Positions 30,457 through 38,896 of a stretch of 64,000 nucleotides of DNA are shown here, piece after piece; within the stretch, counting starts at the first letter, position 1; the number at the start of each line of letters is the position of its first letter. A program made the position numbers and the translations under genes. Location: positions 5,860,736 through 5,924,735 of the forward strand of contig OZ245874.1 of assembly GCA_965229335.1 (NCBI GenBank). The letters are read 5' to 3'. The notes beneath the pieces were generated by a model. The model was not told where the DNA came from. It saw only the letters and a program-made list of their open reading frames with translations, and did no database searches. The stretch comes from Ferrovibrionaceae bacterium. GTDB lineage: Bacteria; Pseudomonadota; Alphaproteobacteria; Ferrovibrionales; Ferrovibrionaceae.

Positions 30457-30921
30457 ATGTCAGCGAACGCGACCGACGATACCGTGCCGGCCGGCTTCAA
30501 GCCGTTCCCGATAGCGGAGGGTTTTGCCGCCCATAATGGCCCGCTCTATATCCGGCGCGATGCCGGGGGCGGCGTGCGCCTGGGTTTCCGGGTGGAACGC
30601 CAGCATCTGAACGCCGGCGGGGTGTGCCATGGCGGCATGCTGATGACGCTGGCCGACATGGCGCTGGGAATTTCCGCGACCGTCGCCGCCGGCGGGCGCA
30701 AGTTCCTGCCGACCGTGACGATGGCGACCGAATTCCTGCGTCCGGCCGAGCTCGGCCAGTGGGTCGAGGCGATCGGCGAGCCGTTGCGCATCACCCGCAA
30801 CCTCGGCTTTTCCGTCTGCCGGGTGATGGCGGGCGACGAACTGGTCCTCCATGCCTCGGGCACGCTGAAGGTGCCGCAGGCCGAATGGGCCCATGACTTC
30901 AACCAGATCCTCGCCGATTGA
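30457..30921 (+). CDS. PaaI-family hotdog-fold thioesterase
   Basis: 154 aa. It has the [18 protein letters not shown] motif. Confidence 0.75.
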   Translation: MSANATDDTVPAGFKPFPIAEGFAAHNGPLYIRRDAGGGVRLGFRVERQHLNAGGVCHGGMLMTLADMALGISATVAAGGRKFLPTVTMATEFLRPAELGQWVEAIGEPLRITRNLGFSVCRVMAGDELVLHASGTLKVPQAEWAHDFNQILAD

Positions 30922-32732
30922 GCGCCATGACCGAGCTGTCCCAGATCCGCAATTTCTCCATCGTCGCCCATATCGACCACGGCAAGTCGACCCTCGCCGA
31001 CCGCCTGATCGAGGCTTGCGGCGCGCTGGAAAGCCGCGAGATGACCAGCCAGATCCTCGACTCGATGGATATCGAGCGCGAGCGCGGCATCACCATCAAG
31101 GCCCAGACCGTGCGGCTGCGCTATCGCGCCAAGGACGGCAAGGACTACGTGTTCAACCTGATGGACACGCCCGGCCATGTCGACTTCGCCTATGAAGTCT
31201 CGCGCTGCCTTGCCGCCTGCGAAGGCTCGCTGCTGGTGGTCGACGCCTCGCAGGGCGTCGAGGCGCAGACGCTGGCCAACGTCTACCAGGCGATCGAGGC
31301 CAACCACGAGATCGTGCCGGTCCTGAACAAGATCGACCTGCCGGCGGCCGACCCCGAGCGGGTCAAGGCGCAGATCGAGGAGGTGATCGGCCTCGACGCC
31401 TCCGACGCCGTCGAGATCTCGGCCAAGACGGGCCTGGGCATTCCCGACGTGCTGGAGGCGCTGGTCACCCGCCTGCCGCCGCCGAAGCACGGCGACCGCG
31501 ATGCGCCGCTGAAGGCGCTGCTGATCGACAGCTGGTATGACGCCTATCTCGGCGTCGTCGTGCTGTTCCGCATCATCGACGGGGTGATGAAGAAGGGCAT
31601 GAAGGTCCGCTTCATGTCGAACAAGTCTAACTACCTGGTCGAGCGTGTCGGCGTGTTCAACCCCAAGCGCACGATCGTCGACGAGCTCGGCCCCGGCGAG
31701 GTCGGGTTCCTGACCGCCGCGATCAAGCAGGTGGCCGACACCAATGTCGGCGATACCATCACCGACGACCGCAACCCGATCGCCGAGCCGCTGCCCGGTT
31801 TCAAGCCGTCGGTGCCGGTGGTGTTCTGCGGCCTGTTCCCGGTCGACGCCGCCGATTTCAACGTGCTGCGCGAGAGCCTCGCGAAACTGCGCCTGAACGA
31901 TGCGAGCTTCCATTTCGAGACCGAGAGCTCGGCGGCGCTGGGCTTCGGCTTCCGCTGCGGCTTCCTCGGTCTCCTGCATCTGGAGATCATCCAGGAGCGG
32001 CTGGAGCGCGAATTCAACCTCGACCTGATCACCACCGCCCCCTCGGTGGTCTACAAGGTCTACATGACCGACGGGACGATGCAGGAATTGCACAACCCCG
32101 CCGACATGCCCGACGTGATGAAGATCGACCGCATCGAGGAACCCTGGATCAAGGCCCAGATCCTGGTGCCGGACGAGCATCTCGGTTCGATCCTGAAGCT
32201 GTGCGAGGACCGCCGCGGCCGGCAGGTCGAGCTGACCTATCACGGCAGCCGGGCGATGGTGACCTATCGCCTGCCGCTGAACGAGGTGGTGTTCGATTTC
32301 TACGACCGGCTGAAATCGGTCAGCCGCGGCTATGCCTCGTTCGACTACCAGATGGACGGGCACGAGATCGGCGACCTCGTGAAGATGTCGATCATGGTCA
32401 ATGCCGAGCCGGTCGACGCGCTCGCCATGATCGTGCACAAGAGCCGGGCCGAGATGCGCGGCCGCCAGCTCTGCGAGCGGCTGAAGGAGCTGATCCCGCG
32501 GCAGCTGTTCAAGATCGCGATTCAGGCGGCGATCGGCGCCCGCGTCATCGCCCGCGAGACCATCTCGGCGATGCGCAAGGACGTGCTGGCCAAGTGCTAC
32601 GGCGGCGACATCAGCCGCAAGCGCAAGCTGCTCGACAAGCAGAAGGAAGGCAAGAAGCGCATGCGGAACGTCGGCAATGTCGAGATCCCGCAGGAAGCCT
32701 TCATCGCAGCCCTGAAGATGAACGACGACTGA
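30918..32732 (+). CDS. lepA: Elongation factor 4 (translational GTPase LepA)
   Basis: [34 protein letters not shown] and the characteristic LepA C-terminus are present. Confidence 0.95.
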   Translation: MSAMTELSQIRNFSIVAHIDHGKSTLADRLIEACGALESREMTSQILDSMDIERERGITIKAQTVRLRYRAKDGKDYVFNLMDTPGHVDFAYEVSRCLAACEGSLLVVDASQGVEAQTLANVYQAIEANHEIVPVLNKIDLPAADPERVKAQIEEVIGLDASDAVEISAKTGLGIPDVLEALVTRLPPPKHGDRDAPLKALLIDSWYDAYLGVVVLFRIIDGVMKKGMKVRFMSNKSNYLVERVGVFNPKRTIVDELGPGEVGFLTAAIKQVADTNVGDTITDDRNPIAEPLPGFKPSVPVVFCGLFPVDAADFNVLRESLAKLRLNDASFHFETESSAALGFGFRCGFLGLLHLEIIQERLEREFNLDLITTAPSVVYKVYMTDGTMQELHNPADMPDVMKIDRIEEPWIKAQILVPDEHLGSILKLCEDRRGRQVELTYHGSRAMVTYRLPLNEVVFDFYDRLKSVSRGYASFDYQMDGHEIGDLVKMSIMVNAEPVDALAMIVHKSRAEMRGRQLCERLKELIPRQLFKIAIQAAIGARVIARETISAMRKDVLAKCYGGDISRKRKLLDKQKEGKKRMRNVGNVEIPQEAFIAALKMNDD

Positions 32733-33009
32733 CCAGCGCGACGGTCAGCAGGACGATCCCGAGGCCCAGCAGGACGATCGAGGCCGGCTGGGCCAGCGCG
32801 GCGGCAAAGCCGTTCCAGAACTCGGGCGACAGATGGTCGCGCACCGCCTGGCGGGCGGCAACGAGGCTGGCCTGGTCGATTTCCGACCACAGGCTCTCCA
32901 GCGACAGCGGTTGCCAGCCGCGCGATTCCAGCGCCTCCAAACCATCGCGGCCGAGCACCAGGATGCCCGCAATGGCACAGAGATAGCCCAGAAGCCGCAC
33001 CAGACGCAT
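32701..33009 (-). CDS. Hypothetical small membrane protein
   Basis: 102 aa with N- and C-terminal hydrophobic helices ([15 protein letters not shown]; [17 protein letters not shown]). It converges on and overlaps the lepA 3' end by 32 nt. No homolog recognised. Confidence 0.4.
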   Translation of the reverse strand: MRLVRLLGYLCAIAGILVLGRDGLEALESRGWQPLSLESLWSEIDQASLVAARQAVRDHLSPEFWNGFAAALAQPASIVLLGLGIVLLTVALVSRRSSSGLR

Positions 33010-33135
33010 CGACGTAACCCTTTGAACCGGGCCGCATCCTGCAACCGCCGGAACTTCAACGCAATCGCGGGCTGAACTGTTGCAAAACCCGGACCGGCCG
33101 CTATAGTCGCGCCCGCATTAAGCAGGACCTGACCC

Positions 33136-33223
33136 GGAGGGATGGCCGAGCGGCTTAAGGCGCACGCCTGGAAAGCGTGTTCACCGAAAGGTGTCGAGGG
33201 TTCGAATCCCTCTCCCTCCGCCA
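33136..33223 (+). tRNA. tRNA-Ser (anticodon GGA)
   Basis: Folded by hand. The acceptor GGAGGGA pairs with TCCCTCC, and the anticodon arm is CACGC-CTGGAAA-GCGTG. It has a long variable arm (TCACCGAAAGGTGTC), T arm GAGGG-TTCGAAT-CCCTC, discriminator G and an encoded CCA. Confidence 0.9.
33207..33223 (+). repeat. attL core: TCCCTCTCCCTCCGCCA (3' end of tRNA-Ser)
   Basis: Identical to 41198-41214. The flanking bases differ on both sides. Confidence 0.85.
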
Positions 33224-33313
33224 GCCATAGCCAAGCCCTTGATATCTCATCAAGTTCTTGGAATCCCTGGCTAATTTCTTCTCGTTACTCCATTGGACTG
33301 TTACAGTGGAGAC

Positions 33314-35044
33314 ATGGAGAAGATGCCCGGACATCCCCGTCTGTATCGTCGTGGCGCGGTCTATTGGCACCGCGCCGCCGTACCCGTCGACATTGCCGAT
33401 ACCTACCCGAAAACCGAGGAAACGTTCTCCCTTCGGACCAAGGACCGAAACGAGGCCCTGAAGCTCGTTCGGATCGAGGCGGCGCGGGTGGATCGCCTGT
33501 TCGACGAACACCGCAAGCGGGTGGCGGCGGCGGCGGGGCCGACCGTGGACGAATTGACCGATGCCCAGGTCAAGGCGATCGGCGAGGCGTACTATGCGAT
33601 GCTGCTGCAAGAGGACGATGCACGGCGCCTCAGGGAATTCGAAGGGAAGTCATTTGAGGAGCATTTAGAGGACATCGCGGGCCTATCCGCTGTCGCTCGC
33701 CACGAGTTTGCGCGCGGAGAAATTAGCGACTTCGACGCCGACGAGGCCGAAGATTTCATGGCCTCCGACTGGGTGGGCGTGAAGCTGTCACCAGATAGCC
33801 CGAGCTGGCCCCGCGTCGCCCGCGAGATGAAAGCCGCCCGCATCCGGGCCTATGCGGCCAAACAATCCCGGAGCGACGGCGAACCAGTACCTACCCCTGA
33901 ACCGCCGCCGCCTTTGTCCTCACGCCAGAAGGCGCGCGGGTCAAGCCGCCTGCTGTCCGATGAGGTCAAGGATTGGATGGCCGAGAAGACCCGGACTTCA
34001 TGGGTCCCGAAGACCGAGCATGAACACCGCGTATGGATGGGGCATTTTATCACGATCGCGGGTGACAGGCCGTGGCTGGACTACAACAAGGCCGACGCGC
34101 GGGCCTTCAAGGCCGTCTTGATGCGCCTCCCCGCCAACTGGAACAAGTTCGACGCGCTGGCCCCCCTGGGGATCGCAGAAGCGTCCGACCGAGCCCATGA
34201 GCTTGGCTTACCGCCCATGTCCGAAAAGAACCTGAACAAGCTCCTGGGGTATGTCGGGTCGTTCTGGACCTGGGCGAAGGACAATCACGACGACTGCCCC
34301 GAAAACCCGTTCAGGGGCCTCAAGCTCAAACTCAAGGGCAAGAACGTCCGCGATGAGCGCCACCCGTTCACCCTCGACGAACTGAAGGCGATCTTCCGCG
34401 CACCTATCTTCACAGGCTGTAAATCAGCAACCGAATGGGCAGCGCCGGGCGCTTTTGTACCCCGCTCCGCGGGCATCTTCTGGGTGCCTCTCATAGGCCT
34501 CCTGACCGGCGCGAGGCTCGGCGAAATCATCCAACTCCGAACGTCGGACGTTCGCGCGGATCAGGGCATCACGTATCTGGACCTCAACGACGACGGCGAA
34601 GACAAGCGCCTCAAGACCGCCCACAGCAAGCGGATGGTCCCGATACATGCCGAGCTTGTTGCGGCTGGCTTCCTTGAGCTTGTCGATCAGCGCCGCCGGG
34701 CTGGCCAGGAACGGCTATTCCCTGACCTGGGGATGGGGGCGGACGGGTACTATTCGTCGCCGTTCTCGAAGCATTTCAGCCGTTTCCTGACCCGTGTCGG
34801 GGTCAAGACCCGGAAGAACGCCTTCCACTCGTTCCGGCATTGCTTTGAGGACGCCTGCCGTGACAGCGACATCTCCAAGGAGGTCATGGACGCCCTTCAG
34901 GGGCACGGCGAGGAAGGCATGTCGGGGCGGTACGGGCGTGGGTATGTCCTGAAGAAACTGGCCGAGGCGATGGGGCGCTTGCGATACGACGGGCTCGACT
35001 TATCGCACCTTCACATTCGTCAAGCGGGGGATGAGAGGCGTTGA
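33314..35044 (+). CDS. int: Tyrosine-type site-specific integrase (large, with an N-terminal extension typical of alphaproteobacterial island integrases)
   Basis: The C-terminal catalytic region reads GARLGEIIQLR ... HSFRHCFEDACRD ... LQGHG ... GRYGRGY (R...HxxR...H...Y). Its position next to the tRNA supports the call. Start at ATG 33314 or nearby. Confidence 0.9.
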   Translation: MEKMPGHPRLYRRGAVYWHRAAVPVDIADTYPKTEETFSLRTKDRNEALKLVRIEAARVDRLFDEHRKRVAAAAGPTVDELTDAQVKAIGEAYYAMLLQEDDARRLREFEGKSFEEHLEDIAGLSAVARHEFARGEISDFDADEAEDFMASDWVGVKLSPDSPSWPRVAREMKAARIRAYAAKQSRSDGEPVPTPEPPPPLSSRQKARGSSRLLSDEVKDWMAEKTRTSWVPKTEHEHRVWMGHFITIAGDRPWLDYNKADARAFKAVLMRLPANWNKFDALAPLGIAEASDRAHELGLPPMSEKNLNKLLGYVGSFWTWAKDNHDDCPENPFRGLKLKLKGKNVRDERHPFTLDELKAIFRAPIFTGCKSATEWAAPGAFVPRSAGIFWVPLIGLLTGARLGEIIQLRTSDVRADQGITYLDLNDDGEDKRLKTAHSKRMVPIHAELVAAGFLELVDQRRRAGQERLFPDLGMGADGYYSSPFSKHFSRFLTRVGVKTRKNAFHSFRHCFEDACRDSDISKEVMDALQGHGEEGMSGRYGRGYVLKKLAEAMGRLRYDGLDLSHLHIRQAGDERR

Positions 35045-35374
35045 GCCTGTTCCACACGGACGAGACGCCCGGTATTGTCACGTGGAACCGATCAACTGCA
35101 CGGCGGCCCCGTGAGCCGGGCTCAGACACGTCGGCGGTGGGGCAGTTCGGCCACGGGCTGCCCTGATCGGTTCGGATGGTTGGCGCGCTGCATATGTCCT
35201 TCAGATCGAAGGAAAATCCGGGGATACCCAGGACCGCCGCAGAGGCCCATACAGGCACATGGACGGCCCGCCGCAAGGGCAGTAGCGGACAGCGGCAAGA
35301 TGGGCACTGACGGAGTCCGCAGAGGCCCTAGCGGCGATCTATGCGGCGGTCATTCGGATTTGCAGAAAAGGGCT

Positions 35375-35500
35375 TTAGGACGGGAAGACGCGATCCGTCA
35401 GGAACACGAGAATGACCAGAAGCATCACAAAGGCGGCACCTAGCATCCATCGTATCTGGCGCAAGCTTCGGCGGATTGCTTGGAATTGATCCTCTTCCAT
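35375..35500 (-). CDS. 41-aa hydrophobic mini-protein (below the track's length cutoff)
   Basis: My translation is MEEDQFQAIRRSLRQIRWMLGAAFVMLLVILVFLTDRVFPS, with one TM helix. GGAGG lies 6 nt upstream of the ATG. It overlaps the weak track ORF 35328..35687 in another frame. Confidence 0.4.
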   Translation of the reverse strand: MEEDQFQAIRRSLRQIRWMLGAAFVMLLVILVFLTDRVFPS

Positions 35501-36044
35501 GCTGGCCTCCGTGGTTGAGGTCGAGGCGACGATACCAGAACTGCCCCGCCGGTCCTACGGCCGGAGAGATAACCTCGATACCGGCCGCCTTGCCGATCGC
35601 CAAGATGATCTCCTCGGCCAGCTCGGGCTTGAACGCGACGCCGGGCTTCATCGGGCGCATTTCGCCATCCGAGACGGGAGCGAACAAGCGGACATGGATA
35701 CCCTATCCGTAGGAATGACTTACCCCTCCAGGAAGTCCGAGACGAAGCGGTTCCAGCGATCTATTCGACCGTCGAGGAATATTCCGCGCCCATCACCGCA
35801 TTGATGCGCACCGGGTTAATTCAGCTTCATGTGAGTGGCGGCGCTTGGGGCGGGGGCGGCGGCGCCAGCTACAATTTCACGCCCTTGATGGCCCGGCTCG
35901 CCGCGCTTGCACCGTTTGATCATCTGGCGTGATCAGCCGTTCAGTATGCGCGCAGTGCTGGAGCAAAACCATACGGCCCCCGTCATCTGACCCATGGACC
36001 ACGGTCGGCCCATAGTCCGCCTCAGGTCAAACCGAGGAGGACCC

Positions 36045-36158
36045 ATGATCAAGATCAGGAAACTAAAGCTGGGCACGGTGCTTCTGGTGGTCGCCCTTCC
36101 GGCCGTCACCGCCCATCTGTTCGACAAGCTGTCCGTCGTCGTGATGATCGTCGTGTGA
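36045..36158 (+). CDS. 37-aa hydrophobic mini-protein (below the track's length cutoff)
   Basis: My translation is MIKIRKLKLGTVLLVVALPAVTAHLFDKLSVVVMIVV. GAGGAGG lies just upstream of the ATG. Confidence 0.4.
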   Translation: MIKIRKLKLGTVLLVVALPAVTAHLFDKLSVVVMIVV

Positions 36159-36286
36159 ACCGGGCAGAGGGACGCAGGGATGGCCGATCGCTGTCCCTAC
36201 GGTTTCCCGGTCGGGCGGGGGCGGTGGTGGGTCGTGGTCGAGGACGATATGCAGGCTGGCTTACGGCTTCTACTACGCTCGGGGAA

Positions 36287-36348
36287 ACCTGAAGTCATAC
36301 CCTAAGGGTACCTGAAGGTATCCCTTCGGTACGACCTCCACAGGTACC
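36287..36348. repeat. Cluster of phased GGTAC/GGTAT motifs (starts 36307, 36317, 36328, 36343) plus a direct repeat ACCTGAAG(T/G)(C/T)AT(A)CC
   Basis: Read directly. The spacing is 10, 11 and 15 bp. The cluster sits just 3' of the polymerase-like gene. Further GGTAC copies lie at 37742 and 38046 in island intergenic DNA. Confidence 0.55.
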
Positions 36349-36379
36349 ATTCCCAAGCATGTCATATGGAGGATACCGC

Positions 36380-37648
36380 TTAGGTGACCTTCAAGACTGC
36401 GTTGGTCCCGGTGATGGCTCGGTACTTGTCGGAGAGGACCGCCACCGCCCTCTCAAGGTTCGACCTGGGCACCACCAGGGCATCATGAACGGGTAGCGCC
36501 ACCACGCTCTCATCACCGAGCGCCAGCAAGGTAGCAACCATGACCGTCGCCTCCGTCTTCATTGCCTTGAGCCCCGCGCCGGTACCGAAGAGGCTGGCTA
36601 TCGGCTTGTGTCTTTCAGTCAGAAGCTTGGTGACGAGGTCGATGGTCGCATGCCGCGGAAGCAGGGCCTTGGTGCCGCCAGGGAGCCGCCATAGGGGCTT
36701 CGTCGTCGACAGCATCGCGTTGAGGACTTTCTTCAGCCCCTCGCGTCGCCCTTGGAAGCTCGGATCGTCGACCGCATAGGCGTCCTCATCGGCCGGGAAT
36801 TCCAGCCCTGCGCCAGCGTAGACGAACCTGACCGCCGCTGATCGCATGTCGACCTCACCGACCTCCTCGCCGCCGATACGAAGCTTCGACAACCGATCGT
36901 CTCCGCTCATGTTTTGCCAGAAGGCCCCGTAGAGGCGCCCGCCGTGGTCAAAGTCGACGTTGAACACCCGACGCATGGACCGGGTGCCGACATGGGGGCG
37001 GGTGATATCCCGAAGGTCCGCGACGGCCAGCCGGCGGTTGATGGTCTGCATTTCCTCGCGCCAACGGGTCGTGTCTGCGGTCTCCTCATAGTCGACCTCC
37101 GCCCCCGTCTCGCCGTTGACCTTCTCGGCCCGGAGGATGATGGTCTCCCCCTTCTGGCTGTCTGCGAAGTCGTCGGCGGTGAGCCCTTCGCTCGCCAGAA
37201 GCCCAGCCATCGCCGGGCCGGCGCTCATGACCGACTGTCGGCGCTCTTTCCGTGGCCTGTGGATTCCCTGCGGGGCGACAGTCGAAACCAGGAAGCCGCA
37301 CGCCGGGTCACTCAGTAGGTCGACGATGCCCGGGAGCTGAGTATTGAGCGCCGGGGCCTTGTAGCGGTCGCGGCTACCGAGGAAGCCCAAAGCGCGCGGG
37401 TAGGTGACGGCAAGGTCGGGCTCGGTGAGATACACCCGTGCCAATTCCGATACGATCGCTTCGACGGTAGCGCGGAAGGTTGCCTCATCGGCCGCCTTAC
37501 GAGCCCGCTGGCGGGGTTTCACGGATGGCTCGGCGCCGAGGGCGCGGGAAACGATGAAGGCCACCAGCGAGGCCCCAGCGGGCGACGCGGGGCGGTACCA
37601 GCCGGTGAACCAATGGTCACGGTCTTCGGGATCGATAAGGGGGCTCAA
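36380..37648 (-). CDS. Orphan 422-aa protein with family-A (PolA-like) polymerase motifs; candidate minimal polymerase/replicase
   Basis: Hand alignment to Taq/Klenow. GGRLYGAFWQNMS matches TGRLSSSDPNLQNIP, and VGEVDMRSAAVRF matches motif A (VALDYSQIELRV). RREGLKKVLNAML matches motif B (RRAAKTINFGVLY). GTGAGLKAMK...LPVHDALVV matches QGTAADLMK...QVHDELVL (motif C). Both metal-binding Asp are present (D267, D389). Confidence 0.55.
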   Translation of the reverse strand: MSPLIDPEDRDHWFTGWYRPASPAGASLVAFIVSRALGAEPSVKPRQRARKAADEATFRATVEAIVSELARVYLTEPDLAVTYPRALGFLGSRDRYKAPALNTQLPGIVDLLSDPACGFLVSTVAPQGIHRPRKERRQSVMSAGPAMAGLLASEGLTADDFADSQKGETIILRAEKVNGETGAEVDYEETADTTRWREEMQTINRRLAVADLRDITRPHVGTRSMRRVFNVDFDHGGRLYGAFWQNMSGDDRLSKLRIGGEEVGEVDMRSAAVRFVYAGAGLEFPADEDAYAVDDPSFQGRREGLKKVLNAMLSTTKPLWRLPGGTKALLPRHATIDLVTKLLTERHKPIASLFGTGAGLKAMKTEATVMVATLLALGDESVVALPVHDALVVPRSNLERAVAVLSDKYRAITGTNAVLKVT

Positions 37649-38338
37649 GGGGCCTCGTAGCGGGGTTCTGTCTGGGGTCAGGGGGATATGCCAGGCGCCT
37701 CAAAAGGGACCAGGTCAAGGGAGGCGATGGAGAACTGGAGGGGTACCGTGGGGCCGGACTGTTCCGTCTGGGTTGCGTCTAGTTTTCTAAATTTGCCTTG
37801 CCGGCCCGCCTAAGGTTCGTCCGTTGTCGCGCCATGCGGTGTTCTGTCTAACGTGCGTCCTTTGTCGCCCCCCTCTAACGCGGGGATAGTTTCGACCTCG
37901 GGGTTCTCGTTACTCGCGGTGGGTGCTTCGTCATCGCCTGCGTCATATGTGGGTCCGGTATCGGCAGCCGGTTCATCCGCTTCATTCCCCGACCGATGCA
38001 CTGCCGATAGCCGGCTTTGGCGATGACCGTAAAGGGTCCTAAAGGGGTACGCCGGGATGGTGCGCAGTGGCGTCAGCCACATAAATGATTGTTATAATAT
38101 GACCAAAAGGAGAAATTTCCTATGTGAAGTATCTCCATCGCGGCCAACCACCCCCGCCGACCGCCTCAGGCCCCCATACAGCCGCCTCGGCCCCGCTCCG
38201 CCGCCCACCCTAAGCCGCCCCATGAAACCCGCCCAGCGGCCTCCCAGGGGCGCCTACGGGCACGCTGCGGGAGACTATCGGGGACCAGAAAGGGCCGCCA
38301 AACAGCAGCCCTCGTAATCGTCCCCTCCCCGCCTCAGT

Positions 38339-38896
38339 TCACGCCCTCCCGATGATGCGATAGACCGACGACCGACCAATCCCGAGCCGCTTAGCGATTT
38401 CCGCAACGGGGACCTTCTCGGCATGCAGGGCCTCGACCTCCGCCGCCTTGGCCGTCGCCGTGGGCTTGCGGCCCTTGTACTTCCCCTCGCTCTTGGCCTT
38501 CGCGATGCCCTCACGCTGCCGCTCAAGCATCATCTCCCGCTCGAATTGGGCGATGGAGCCGAGAAGGTTCACCATGAGCTTCCCTGTGGGTGTCTCCGTA
38601 TCGAGGTTCATTGCGAGAACCCGAAGGCTCGCCCCCCTCTCGGCAATCTCGCCGACGATCCGCGACAGGTCGGCCACCGACCGGGCCAAGCGGTCCAGCT
38701 TGGTCACCACCAGCACGTCACCATCCCGGAGATAGTCGAGGGCCGCTTCTAGCTCCGGGCGCTTCCCCTGCGACGAAACCTGTTCGCGGTAGAGCTTCGT
38801 TGCCCCTGCGGCCTTCAGGTCCCGTATCTGGGCCTCAAAGCCCGCTTCCTGTTCCACGGTGCTGGTCCGCGCGTACCCGATCACCATGCCCGTCAT
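38339..38896 (-). CDS. Small serine recombinase (resolvase/invertase family)
   Basis: MVIGYARTSTVEQEAGFEAQIRDL...VVTKLDRLARSV...FEREMMLERQREGIAKAK plus the C-terminal HTH VAEIAKRLGIGRSSVYRII. The catalytic Ser is in YARTST. Start at ATG 38896 or 38887. Confidence 0.9.
   Translation of the reverse strand: MTGMVIGYARTSTVEQEAGFEAQIRDLKAAGATKLYREQVSSQGKRPELEAALDYLRDGDVLVVTKLDRLARSVADLSRIVGEIAERGASLRVLAMNLDTETPTGKLMVNLLGSIAQFEREMMLERQREGIAKAKSEGKYKGRKPTATAKAAEVEALHAEKVPVAEIAKRLGIGRSSVYRIIGRA

Noticed and set aside
30546-32438. 630-aa minus-strand ORF
   Set aside because: It is antisense to lepA.
35328-35687. 119-aa minus-strand ORF (TTG start) in the island
   Set aside because: The second half is low-complexity and there is no SD. 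It overlaps the better-supported 41-aa SD-preceded ORF in another frame. It could be a decayed gene and is not called.
37810-38082. 90-aa minus-strand ORF upstream of the polymerase-like gene
   Set aside because: It has an acidic, disordered-looking C-terminal half, no SD and no recognisable fold (I looked for an AlpA/Xis-like HTH and did not see one). An AT-rich promoter-like stretch at 38083-38130 is noted, but the evidence is insufficient to call a gene.
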